From Tubulanus polymorphus (Eukaryota > Animalia > Nemertea): DNA of 64,000 bases. The position numbers were made by a program, and so were the translations under genes. Location: the NCBI RefSeq assembly GCF_964204645.1, contig NC_134028.1, forward strand, positions 25,788,345 through 25,852,344, written 5' to 3'. The notes beneath the pieces were generated by a model. That model saw nothing but the letters and a program-made list of their open reading frames with translations, had not been told where the DNA came from and ran no database searches. The number at the start of each line of letters is the position of its first letter. Position 1 is the stretch's first letter. Positions 1-12,023 of the stretch are shown here, piece after piece.

Positions 1-423
1 AAGATTTTGCCCAATCGACAGACAATCCAAATATTTCTGTACTTTGATTTCTGACCCCTGTTTCATAAACGGCAGGTGCGGTGGGTTTGTTACGGACACC
101 AAATCGAAATCATCTTAAGAACCGAGAGGGACGATCGATCGTGCCTATTTCACGATCAAAAAGCTAGGACGTTTTAGACCTACCGTATTGACCAAAGTTT
201 CAGGGGCAGATTGAGCCTACCCCTTCACCGCTTTAGTGGTACTCTTGGATGAATGAAAACTATCAAAATATTCTGAAAGCGTAACCCTAAACCTCCCTGT
301 ATGGTGCTGTGATGCTGAATTGAGCCGTACTCAATCCACCCCTGAGTTTGGAATATTGTAGATTACGACTTACGAACTTCATTAATTCATGAATTCATTG
401 GTTTCATGTGATTTCTTACGCAG

Positions 424-3400
424 AGTAATCGTGTTACATTGAAAATGGACGTGGCTCACACCGAGCATTCGCATGTCATCGGAAAGGGTGGAAACAACAT
501 CAAAACGGTGATGAAAGACACCGGTTGTCATATTCACTTCCCCGACTCGAACAGAAATAATACGCTGGAAAAAAGCAATCAGGTACGTATGTACTAGACT
601 CGATTCATGCAAATCTAGAGACCATCTTCTCGGGATATGAGTTCCTTCATTTTCAGTATCCTGCCAAATCAAAGTTTGGTTCTATCCCAGTTTGGTAGTA
701 TCCATCCCAGTTTGGTGGTATCCCAGTTTTGTGTATCCCAGATAGGTGGTATCCCAGTTTGATAGTATCCCAGTCTGTTAGTATCCCAGTTTGTTAGAAT
801 CCCAGTTTGTTAGTATCCCAGTTTGATAGTATCCCAGTTTGATAGTATCCCAGTTTGATAGTATCCCAGTTTGATAGTATCCCAGTTTGATAGTATCCCA
901 GTTTGTTAGTATCCCAGTTTGTTAGTATCCCAGTTTGTTAGTATCCCAGTTTGATAGTATCCCAGTTTGATAGTATCCCAGTTTGAAAGTATCCCAGTTT
1001 GATAGTATCCCAGTTTGATAGTATCCCAGTCTGCCTTTGTCGTGATATAAGTTGCTGATCGAGAAAAACAGGAACGATTTGAATTAAAAATCTCCTAACA
1101 GTGAAATCAGAAATTTCTCGCATCCTGTCGATGTAGTTTCATTTCAAATTTTAGGAGCCTAAATCTAGAACCCTCGGGATACTGGCCTAGGCCTGATGTA
1201 TTTCTGCAGAGCCTAATCTTGCGGGTAGATTCAATAGTTCCCAGGATCGTTTAAATCGCGTCATTATCATAATCATTATAGAAATTCATGAAGTAATTTA
1301 TGCCTATTTTAGTACTAATGACGCATACATCGCATACAAAATTCTGATAAACGGTTTTAAGGGCGTGTATTGTTACACTTTTGTTTTGGCGTTTAATGTT
1401 TGTTTTTGATTCATATCCGGTTTTAAGTATATATTTCAAGTCGTATGATTCATTATTTCAAAGCTGTTAAATCGAATACGGTTAGAATAATGTCCTCAAG
1501 TTCAGGTCACATCTGTCCTACCTACCTGAAATTCAATTGTATTTAGGTTATGCAAATAACAGTTGTGCGTGTGTGTGTGTGTACTGAACTAAGTTGTTCT
1601 TTAAAGCTGGATTTGCTTTCTTCAGGGCATCTTGAATATTAAGAATTTTACTGATCAGTGATTTTGAATTGTTTCATGTTTATACCTGCATATGTTTGCA
1701 TTCGTATATGCGCATGTATTTACGCTTTCTTATATACATATAAGTGAAGTGCTTTTATTTCTGAAACCGATAGAAAAAAAATGAAAATCATATTTGCCAG
1801 GACCTCTGTGAAAAAGATGGCCACCTCCGTGAAAACATTATTTGATGATATCATAGGGGGATTATTGGAGGCAGACTAGATTTTCCCTGTCTTAAAAATT
1901 TTTGATAAAATAAATGAAATTTTTCATCCCAGTTACTAGAATCTTATGATTACTTCATTGTAGGTTTCGTTAGCCGGTCAGCCTCATGGTGTGGAAAGTG
2001 CAAGGGCCCAAATAAGGGTAAGATTGCCCTGAAAATAGATGTTAATCAAATGATAAACTTGGCAATCCCATGTGTATGCACGGCCTTTATGGCTCTGTCC
2101 AGGTTCCTGTCCTCAATGCTTGTTTTTTATGAATATTCTATTACACAAAGTACCTTGTAAATTTGAATTTTGATGATGAAATGAATGATAATGATAACTA
2201 TGTTAATGTATCGAATTCTTATCAATTCGAATCGATATCCCACTTTTTCGATATGCTGAAATCCTGTATTGAAATGCATGTACACGATCTGAAAATTCTC
2301 TGTTACTTTCAGGAGCTGTTACCTCTAGTCTTTATGTTTGAACTGCCAATAGCGGGAATGTTACAGTGTTTGCCCGATGCTAATTCTCCGACGATTCAAC
2401 AAATACAACAGTTACACAACGTGTCGGTTATATTTAAACAGCGTCCCCGCGTACTGGTGACATCGGTACTCATTAGAGGTACTGTTAATAATGCTAAATC
2501 GGTGAAAGAAGCGACAGCGATGATGATGGATCATCTTACAGGAGCATCGGGAGTGAGTGTCTCCAACAAATACCTTTATAATGTGCTATCTATAGTGTTT
2601 TATGTACTTAGTAGATATCAAATTGTCTATAGCTACGATTGCAACAGTGTTTTTGGTCTGTGCCAAATGGGCCCATGCCCGAAGAAAAAAACCAAAAAAG
2701 GCCAAATCGTCTTCATGTGATCACGGGTTAGAGCTTAGGCACTCACAATCTCTGAGAATGCCTCACTGTTCCTCACTGGTGCTATTAAAATTTATTGCTG
2801 TCCCTGAAACAATTTTCTATTGTCCCTCTAAAAATTGTTCTAATCCTTTATGTTTTCCTTATCGTCTCCCTGAAATTAACATTTTTGTCCCTGATGTGGT
2901 AATTGATATGTTGGCATGTCTGCTGAGGAATCTTTTTATGAAATTCCCATCCCAGTCCCAGCTTACCATGCTAAACTAATTATTTTATTTATGTATGAAA
3001 TGATGCATTTCTAGGTAAAACTACCGGTGAGCATGACATTAGAAATTGCGCCACAACATCATCTATTTATACTGGGTCGAGGTGGCAGCACTGTCAAACA
3101 GATTATGCAACAGACGGGCGCTACTATACATTTTCCTGATCCGAACACAGTTACCCCGCAGCGTAAAGGAACTGTTTACATCACCGGCGGAATTGAAAAC
3201 GTATTTCTAGCTCGCCAGCGACTGATTGTAAGTCTTTTGAAAAATTAGAAATTAGAAATAATAATCTTAAATGCCTAGCATAAGATAGAATTGTTGTTTT
3301 CTTTTGTTTTCAGGGTTGTTTACCGTTAGTTCTCATGTTTGACGTGAAAGAAGAACAAGACATCGATCAACAATTATTGACACAATTACAAGAACAGCTT

Positions 3401-6400
3401 GATGTATTCCTCAGTATTAAACCAAAACCCAAACAAACAAGCAAGGTGTGTTTTACGTTCATTCCTGATGATGGCTGATATTAGATGATAGCCCAAAACA
3501 TTGCAAAATGATATTTTCATCTAACAGAATATTAAGTCTTTTTCCTGGATTTTTTGTCAGGTTTTTCTTCTTTCTTGTGTGTTTTACATTGAGATTGTAT
3601 CAGACAAATATGTAACGTCATCATAAGAGAAACCGTATATATCATAATTTAGCTTATGCATATTCCGAGTATTTAATCAGATATTTGCAGAGTATTCATT
3701 TGAATTTCATCTGTCTGTTGTACATTGATAAGAATCCTTCCTAAAATTCGGATTAGCCCCTAAATTTAAGTCTGATATGATACCTGCACCTCTTCAGAAT
3801 ACTATGGTATTTACACTATTTTGTATGTCTTATAGTCTGTGATAGTGAAAAGCGTTGAGCATAATGCATCGAATCTATTCGAGGCTCGACGTATAATGTT
3901 AGGACAGGAACGCGATGACCGAATTCCTGTGCCGAACTATACTTCAAATACTACAAATACGAACGAAAACATCGCTGTTGGACTCAATAATTTAAGTAAG
4001 AATTTAAATCAGAATTTCAGTAATTAGTCATTTGAGGTTAGACATTTACATTGTATTTCTCGCTATGTCATTTTAGGCTTACTCCCTACGAACCTTTTAG
4101 CCGTGAATATGATGAACAATTTATCTCCCCCGCAATCGAAACCGGACCACGTTGAAACATCCACCAGTCCGCAGTGGATGTCAGTTCCACCTCCGCCTGC
4201 TGTCATTAAACCGCTAATGGTTGTTCCGACGTCAAACACATTTTGCGCTGTTCAGAATCCGTCGGATTTCTACGCGCAGTTGAACGCGATGAAGGATCTG
4301 AATTCAAACAATGCATTGATAAGAGTACCATCACCTTCTGAAAAAGGTATTTTTTAGTCTCCTCTATCATGAAACAAGATGGAGTTATGAATTTGTGGCT
4401 CTCAGTTAGATCATATCATCTGAAGGCAGATATTCATTTAGGGCATTTGTACCCATCGTATGAAATTACCAACCCCAACCCCTGTGTCATATTGACTCTC
4501 CTAGTATTTAACTCGAGAAATTTATTGTCAAGTCATCACCTGTTTCTGTAGAGTACTTTTGATAATAGTTCTACTACATGTATTTTTAAGGTGCTTATTT
4601 GTATTTGTTGAGTTTTCAGTTATTTGTAATTTTGTAGGTGCCAGTAGTACGAACAGCAGCAGTGACAGTCCAATACAAAGTCCGTGTAGCAGTCCGATCG
4701 ATTTATTGTCAAAGAATTTATCTATCGGTGCAAGTTTACCCATGACAAACCATATTGGTTGGTATTTTAGAGTTTTCACTGTACACTAGTTGTATATTTA
4801 TAGTAATATTCTATGAATATTTCCTTGTTTCTTTTTTTAAGTTCCTCCGATGTCGTTGAATGTAAATGCGCACAGTACTGTTTTCGTCGACGAAATCAAG
4901 AAAATATCTCCGAATAACAGCGCATCGACGGCTGAGTTAATGAGTTTCAATAAACCACGACCACTCGCCTCCTCGCCTCCCGGTTTATCTCGTAGATCGA
5001 CCCCTCCTGGCCTTACTCATCCATCAGTACAAAGAGAAAGTCCTGTCTCTGCATTCCAGTACGTATTTCGGCGTTTCTCTTTATAAGGCGGGTTTTGATC
5101 GAAGCACTTCCAAATCACAAACTCTCTACCGGCCATTTCTGTGTCAGGTTTACAGATAATGCTATTCAGGAATAGGTAGAGTGTATTCTGGTTGAAATTA
5201 AGATGCTAAAAAGTATTCAACGATCAGTAGAGACCAATTGAAACCTGCCTATGTTTTGATTGACTATCATGAAGATTAATTTCATCTTGTTTGCGATATG
5301 TTTTAGTAAATTAAACCCATCGCCGATACACGGTGAACCATCATTGCTGCTACATCAGAATGTCAGTCAACTGTTCGGACAATTACCGTAAGTGTTGATG
5401 TTGGCGCTGCGAAAAGTGGTCTCATAGAGGAGACTTAGCGGGCAGATGTCTTTCCAGAAAGCTTTCATTCTTCATCGACTTTGCCTTTGGGTGACTTTTT
5501 CCTAATAGGTGACTTTTTCCTAAACAATTAATTGCCTAGAACGGTTTTGTTGATTGCAGGAATGGTACGAATCAAATTGATGATTGTCAGTCGCAGTTAT
5601 CAATCGAATCTGAATTATCACCAGATAAACGTGCGCCTGGAGCTGAACGACCTTCACCTGTATCGCAACTATTCAACAATCCTGCTCTTCCATTCCAACA
5701 ACAACAACAACAACAACAACAGAATGATTACGAACAAAAGAAGCTCCTCGCCACTAAAGGTAACTTTCAACTGATAAACACTTTACTGTGTACAGCAGAA
5801 CCTGCTTAATCTGGTTCGTTTTAGACCGATGAAATTCATCCGGTTTATGATGAATTCAGATTAAAATTCATATTTTACATAAAATTATGTATAGATGGAC
5901 TGTTAATGATATCTGGTTTTGATTGAAATACTAGTGCATTGACGCTGCAGTATGGCGTAGAAATCGATGATGCACTTTGCTAGTAGTACACTGCATCATG
6001 GTGCATAGTTGTTATTAGTAATTCGCTTTGATCTTTATTGAAAGATTGCATCTGTAGCAGTTAAAGTAAAGTTAAAAGTTAAAGCATTTTTGGGTATGAA
6101 TAAGTCAGCACTAAAAGGGTAAAGAGGTTTTGATTGTATCGTGTATGAGCTCTTTCTATATGGGTAAAGTTTGAACATTGTAGCTATGCAAAAGAAGCCT
6201 GAGGGAGAATCTCGTATTCCTACCGACTTCTGGTCTGGATTAGGCTTCTCGAAATCGATGCCCGACTCCGAGATTCGAGACCGTTTGAAAAAACAGAACA
6301 TTAAAAACTATAAAGGACCGAGTGCAATAACCGAACAATGCGAGGTGAGCGCTACATCAGTGAGATTCTGATGAAACAGGGTTCTAAATTCAGGAAAACA

Positions 6401-7424
6401 GAAGGTGGTAATCTATAAGTAGTTTATCGATAAGGTGTTTGAATTTTTTTCTAGAATGAAGTTGACCTTGATCCATGGAAAGATTCGCCATTTATGAACG
6501 GAGCGAGTGCTAATGATTTCTTGGATAACGGGCAAAACTGTAGTAAGTATAGTTCATCGATGCTATTAAATTCACTGTCCTCCACTTTTGGTTATTTCTA
6601 TTTTTGAATCGTTTTTGAAGGTGATTCTTATAATCGACACCATTTGGACGAATCTTCACGAAATGGCTTGGATGAAATTAGCGACATGGAGGAACTTTTC
6701 TCTCAATTAGGCCTCAGTAAATATTCTGAATTATTCAAACAACAAGAGGTACGTAGACGAGAGGCAGAAAGTGTTTAAGTCTGTTTTAACGAAATCTCGA
6801 AAATGACTGATTGAAAATATTTGCTCTTTCAGATCGACATGTCAACATTTGTGACGTTAACTGATCTTGATCTAAAAGAATTGGGAATTACGACATTCGG
6901 CGCTAGAAGAAAAATGCTGCTCGCGATTGCAGGTAGCCATCAAAAACCATTTCTATTTCTCTTCGGATATATCCTGATATTGCTGGGATTAGTAAATGTT
7001 TGAAAACGGTTTACAGGTTTGCAGCATTAGACCTGACTACGACTGCTATTTCAGAATAGTTTCTACTCTCTTTAAGAGTTCAACTCTACTCTTGAAAACA
7101 TTGAAATATTCTCAAAACTAGAAACATTTCTTGTTTATTTCAATTAAACAAGTATTTTTGATGTCAAATTATTCTCATTTTTGGTGAAAATCACCACGAT
7201 ATGAGTGAGATACCAGTTACACTGGTCTGCAGGATCTAAAAGTTCATTTCATTGATGTGTTTACTTTGCATACAGGTTTGAACAAGAGCAGTCCTCCCGG
7301 CAATCGACAAGTTATATCGAACAGTTTCATGCATCAAACATCGGACCATCGCGGCATTTCTCCTCCTGTCTTACCGATGTTGATTCGTCGTAATGAAATA
7401 CCGAGTCAGAGTGGACGCTGGTGA
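424..7424 (+). CDS. BICC1: Protein Bicaudal-C homolog (KH domains + C-terminal SAM domain), multi-exon, 5' exons lie outside the window
   Basis: Exons read between AG/GT sites include 424-582 (SNRVTLKMDVAHTEHSHVIGKGGNNIK...HFPDSNR, KH), 1964-2017, 2313-2552, 3015-3227 (LEIAPQHHLFILGRGG, KH), 3314-3445, 3836-3995 and last exon 7276-7424. The BicC motif DYEQKKLLATKAM...PTDFWSGLGFSKSMP is present, then the SAM domain (LGLSKYSELFKQQEIDMSTFVTLTDLDLKELGITTFGARRKMLLAI) and the C-terminus SQSGRW*. Confidence 0.96.
684..1030. repeat. Intronic minisatellite, 16-bp unit TATCCCAGTTTG(A/T)TAG, about 20 copies
   Basis: Directly visible tandem array; degenerate at the left end, homogeneous at about 810-1030. 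Confidence 0.95.
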
Positions 7425-8482
7425 ATCCAGCTGCACACACACACACACCGGACGCCGCCTGTGTATCATCACACACCAGACGCCGCCTGTGTATCATCCA
7501 TGACCTCGGTGAAATTTAACTCCACTTTTCACAGATTTTGAAGCCTATTCGTGTTGAAATGATACGGTGTATCATCATCATAGGCTCTTAATGCATTTTT
7601 GAAATGATTTCAACCATTTTCTTCGTTTCTATAAACAGTAGACCTGTTTACTGCGGTTCATTTTGGCCTGATGGTTGGACTGCGTTATCGCGAGCCCTGG
7701 ACAATACACTATATCATGCTACAAATTTTCTTACTCCATGACCCATCTCTGCTCCGACTGCCCTGGAATTCGCGTAGTAGTCCCTCGAGATTTGAGGTTA
7801 AAGCGGAGTCAACTGTTCATGAGTTAAGATACGGTTCATACATATCACTTATATCTCTGTTATTATGATGTGTGTTCCTGGTCTGTGGACACACTTTACA
7901 CACTTTCGTCGTGTATAAGATAAAATCAATTCAGTTTCTGTGATAACTATGTTTAATTTGGTAGCGTTATTCATAATTCAGGCAGTGACACCTTGCGGTT
8001 ATTGTCGAAACCGTTATTGTTAGCGCATGCATGACAATATTTATATTTCCATAGTGCAGGGTTACTATCTGCATGAAACCATGAATAATTTAAATCTGAA
8101 CTGACGAGATGTGAAAATAATTGATGCGTTGAATCTGTCAATGTTGACACTATTCTGTATCAGTAGTATTCATTGTATGCAGAGTTCGCGTTGATCAACA
8201 GAATTACGATTTATACGAATGTAATCGATCAAAACAAAAGTAGCCAAATTGATTTATAAGACTACAGTCAACTATGGTTGTTTTGTATCTCTGAGATCCA
8301 ACAAAGATGTCTACAATAAATAACCATGAAATCCAAAGGTATCCGACAAATTGTATGAAATACCTATAGTTAACTGTTATTTGTATATTTCCCATATAAT
8401 GTACTACGTATCTTTTATACTAATATTTTGTGTGCTCCATGACACATTTTGATATGTCACATTTTAGATTATTTGGTACCTA

Positions 8483-8705
8483 AGGCTAAAAAAAGATGCC
8501 TTGTTTCTCATAATCGGCCGGGTCATTTTGTAAACTGTGATAAAGTTTGTAATCAGTTAAGTTCTATAGCTGCCGAGTCTGTTATGGTTAGCTTTATCAT
8601 TTAAAAAAAAGTATTGTACAGGCTAGATTGGCAGCCGGCTGGGTCAACTTAAACTTAAGCTTAAACCCAGCAGAAATGAGAAACATTGTATCAATTTTTT
8701 AGCCC
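8483..8705. mobile_element. MITE-like non-autonomous DNA element (family A) downstream of the BICC1 stop codon
   Basis: Imperfect terminal inverted repeats AGGCTAAAAAAAGATGCCTTGTTTCTCAT ... ATGAGAAACATTGTATCAATTTTTTAGCCC. The reverse complement aligns along its length with elements at 34550, 40833 and 47179. Confidence 0.8.
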
Positions 8706-10109
8706 AAGACTTGTACACAGTCGTGTACCTCCAAACTAATTGTTCTTAAAGCAGAAACTGTTGAATTTCGTTACGGTACTAAATATTTACGAATGCTGTT
8801 TATGAAAGGAAATATCCGTCCATTAGGAAGCATAGATAGAACAAAAAGCTGAATGAATAACTGCTGAAATTGTTTTCATTCCGAACGTTTTAACTGTGAA
8901 ATTAGAATTAGTTTAAAATCAGTGAAAGTGTATAAAGATTCCGATGCATGAGAGATTCATGTTTGTGCCTGTATCCTATTTGAGGTTTATATATATATGT
9001 ATAATATCTACATGCAGTAGATTTGAGCGCGCATTTTATCGTGTTTGTAACAAGCTTTTTTTGCCGTGAATGATTAATTTTATAGTCATATAAATAGATT
9101 TTATCGAATAATCGTGATATCTGGTGCTCTATGCATGTAAAACGTACCAGGTACAGTTGTTCATTTAATATGATTCGGAACAGAATACCGGTAATGTGTG
9201 TTTACAATTTATCACAATTTGTTCAATATTTGATTACCGCTTGTGTCAACGAATATCAATGAGAAATGATGTATTTGAAAGTAAGCAGTTCAGAGGCTTG
9301 TTGCATAGACCGGGTAATACAAGGGGGTGTAGGCTAATACAAGTAATATTTTTGTTATAGTTAACTAGTTGTGGCTTAAATCGTCCTCAGCTGAGTGGAC
9401 TCTACTTATGGCCTGCGAAAAAAGTTAATTCGCAGCCGTTTTTTTATGCAATAAGTTCATTTTGATAAATACATTTTAAAATCAAGTTCATTGTTGTTGT
9501 TGAAATGATACGCCAGATAGGCTCATTGTGTGGTTTCAATTTTGATTTTTCGCGGTGGGATTTTCCGCTGCTAATTTTTGTGATTTATGTGTATAATAGA
9601 AATTTTCTGATGAAGATCATGCATTGCTGCTGCTTTGATTTTAAAAGGTTTGTTTTTTTTTAATTGTACAGTAAACAGGCGAGAAGTGCCTGAATGAATA
9701 TACTTCAGTATGTGCTATATTTTAGATATAACATTTCAAACTATATGTGAATGAGCTGATCTATTCCATTTTACTATATCACCCCATGCATGTTTTTAAC
9801 ACATAAATGAATTTATATCAATTGTAAAAATTTAAATTGTTATGATATTATAAAATATATTTCCAAATGAAAGCCATTGTTTCCATCTTTTGTGGTCTTC
9901 CAGATTTCGATTTCCCAGAGGTGTTAGCAATTTTGTCAGTTCCACGGACACTGTTGATACTTTTGAATTATGGAGGTCAACTGATTAGTCAGATAGGTTC
10001 GATCGGTTCTTTATGAAAGATTAAAAAGACCCCTCAGATAGGCGCTGCTAACAGGTCACAGTGACGTCAAATGAGGCATTGTGACGTCATATGGATAACT
10101 GTCTGCGTG

Positions 10110-10283
10110 CAGTGGGACCTCGTTATAACGAACTCGGTTACGACGATTCATTGGATGCAATAAATGTAGAATTTCGTCCGAAGTAAGAAAATCGCATACA
10201 GGATATAACGAACTACCAGTTATAACGAACATATTATTTTCTGGTCCCTGTACGTACAAGTTCGCTGTAACGGGGTTCCACTG
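10110..10283. mobile_element. Tc1/mariner-pogo (Tigger)-like MITE
   Basis: TIRs CAGTGGGACCTCGTTATAACGAAC ... GTTCGCTGTAACGGGGTTCCACTG, internal TATAACGAAC repeats and a right-flanking TA. CAGT termini are typical of pogo/Tigger elements. Confidence 0.7.
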
Positions 10284-11072
10284 TAGCAGGCTTCCCTTAT
10301 CATCAAGTATCGATTACTCGACGAGCGTTTTTGGTCCGTGCCTAATAGCATTATTCAGAATGATCATTATAATGCGAACGTGATCACTAATTAGGCAACG
10401 GCCCAAATCGTACTCGCCAATTTGGCCCGGGCCAAATCGTCTCCATGTGATCGCGGCTTATATATATCTTGATAGATCTTGCATGAACTCCTTCAGCTAC
10501 CAATATCATATGATTATTGCGGTAAATGTCATCCTCAATGATGTTATAACCTTAAATGATGGTATTTTGTAAGCTCCATCAGGCCCAATATTCTGCAAGT
10601 TCCATGAATATTTGGCTTGGCGACCACACTTATGATTTTTTTAACAAGTCTTAGGAATATAGTAGTCAATGAAATGAGAATTTATCACAAATGTATATGT
10701 CATACTTCTGGGATGTTGTCGTCTGAATTTGAAGATACAGTCGTTCCACCAGAAAAGGAAACACCCAACCAAAAAACCACGGAATGTCTAATTCGTGTAA
10801 TACGTATTCTTCATTTATCTCCAACTAATAACATAATTTACAGGCATAAAGAAATACATGATTATACATGTGCAATGACCTCTAACATTTTGATATATAC
10901 AAGATAAAACTGACCATAACAAAGTATATACAATAGCATTTATCAAAATAACAATTATATTTCGTCTATTTACAATTATCGTGTCCCCTGGAGAGCCCCT
11001 GTTCGGTCGGGTGAAGTTATTAGAATGATCAGAAGTTCTACATGTTTTTTTTGTGGCGGTTACCCGCGAAAT

Positions 11073-12023
11073 CTAATGGACGGTCATACCTCTACTAAAA
11101 TCAACTTGCGGCATAATCATTTTCAATTCATTTTCCTCCTGATGTCGATATTTCGGAGGTAAATGCAGAGTATCTATTTTCTGAATGACGGACGGAATTT
11201 CCAGGCTGCATCTCTGCACGTAATTCACTGATAAAGAGTTTTCTAATTGTCTATATCTCGGATCTCGTGTCGGACCTCCAGATTTCACCCGTTTCTTCGC
11301 CGATCGTCTGCCTCCGAAACCGCTCGGTCGTCTGGGGGTTATTAGCTTTCTATTCGAGCTATCGGGCCGCGCGCGCGGACTCATCTGGATATCTGGTTCA
11401 TAAGACGGTGTTTTATTCATACTCGCCCGAGACGCGTATGGAGGGATTTGAGTTGTAGAACGATTCAAATCGGGTAACCGCTCGAATCCACCCATATCGA
11501 CAATATCCACAGTTTTTGCTCTCGTATTTTCACTCCTGGCGCTTACGAGATGATCAATTTTTGGCATGTGAGTCGTTTGGGGTCGATCTTTGCTACAGTT
11601 TTGTTGTAAATCAGTTGAATTCTTACGATCACCTCGGTATCGAACCCGTGGTTTCTTATAGTATTTATACTGTTGTTCCTCGTCGACGTGTTTCGTCGAC
11701 CAAATCGCTGATTTACGCAAATACTTTTCGGCGTCTATTCCCTTCATCAGTTCCGTCATCACCGAGCACTTCCGCTTCTGTTTATCCAAGAAAACCTTCT
11801 TCTCGAAGTGATTCTGCATCAGGAACTTGTAGCGCTCTTTCGACAATTCCAGAATTTTCGATTCTAACATCCGCTCTTCGGTTACGTTATCGCTCAGTTT
11901 ACCCGATTGTCTAGCCACATCCAAACGCTTCTCTTCCGAACCTTCGTTCGCCCAGGCTTGAATCTCCTTCGTAGCGTCGGTTTTCGGGGTTATGAATTTC
12001 GATTTTAAAGTCTTCGGTGCCAT
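11073..12023 (-). CDS. Uncharacterised basic protein of about 316 aa, single coding exon, N-terminal coiled-coil-like segment
   Basis: Uninterrupted 951-bp ORF in AT-rich DNA, ATG at 12023 in AAAATGG context just after a plausible splice acceptor. Helical segment ERMLESKILELSKERYKFLMQNHFEKKVF and a C-terminal DPRYRQLENSL motif. TTTATT/TTTATC-type signals follow the stop. Confidence 0.8.
   Translation of the reverse strand: MAPKTLKSKFITPKTDATKEIQAWANEGSEEKRLDVARQSGKLSDNVTEERMLESKILELSKERYKFLMQNHFEKKVFLDKQKRKCSVMTELMKGIDAEKYLRKSAIWSTKHVDEEQQYKYYKKPRVRYRGDRKNSTDLQQNCSKDRPQTTHMPKIDHLVSARSENTRAKTVDIVDMGGFERLPDLNRSTTQIPPYASRASMNKTPSYEPDIQMSPRARPDSSNRKLITPRRPSGFGGRRSAKKRVKSGGPTRDPRYRQLENSLSVNYVQRCSLEIPSVIQKIDTLHLPPKYRHQEENELKMIMPQVDFSRGMTVH

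Noticed and set aside
382-672. Minus-strand 96-aa ORF and similar antisense ORFs over USO1, the protease and the VWD gene
   Set aside because: They are antisense shadows of real coding exons.
684-1030. Regular array resembling a CRISPR locus, and ORF 938-1123
   Set aside because: The 16-bp units are contiguous with no unique spacers, the context is a eukaryotic intron and there are no cas genes. The ORF is a by-product of the repeat.
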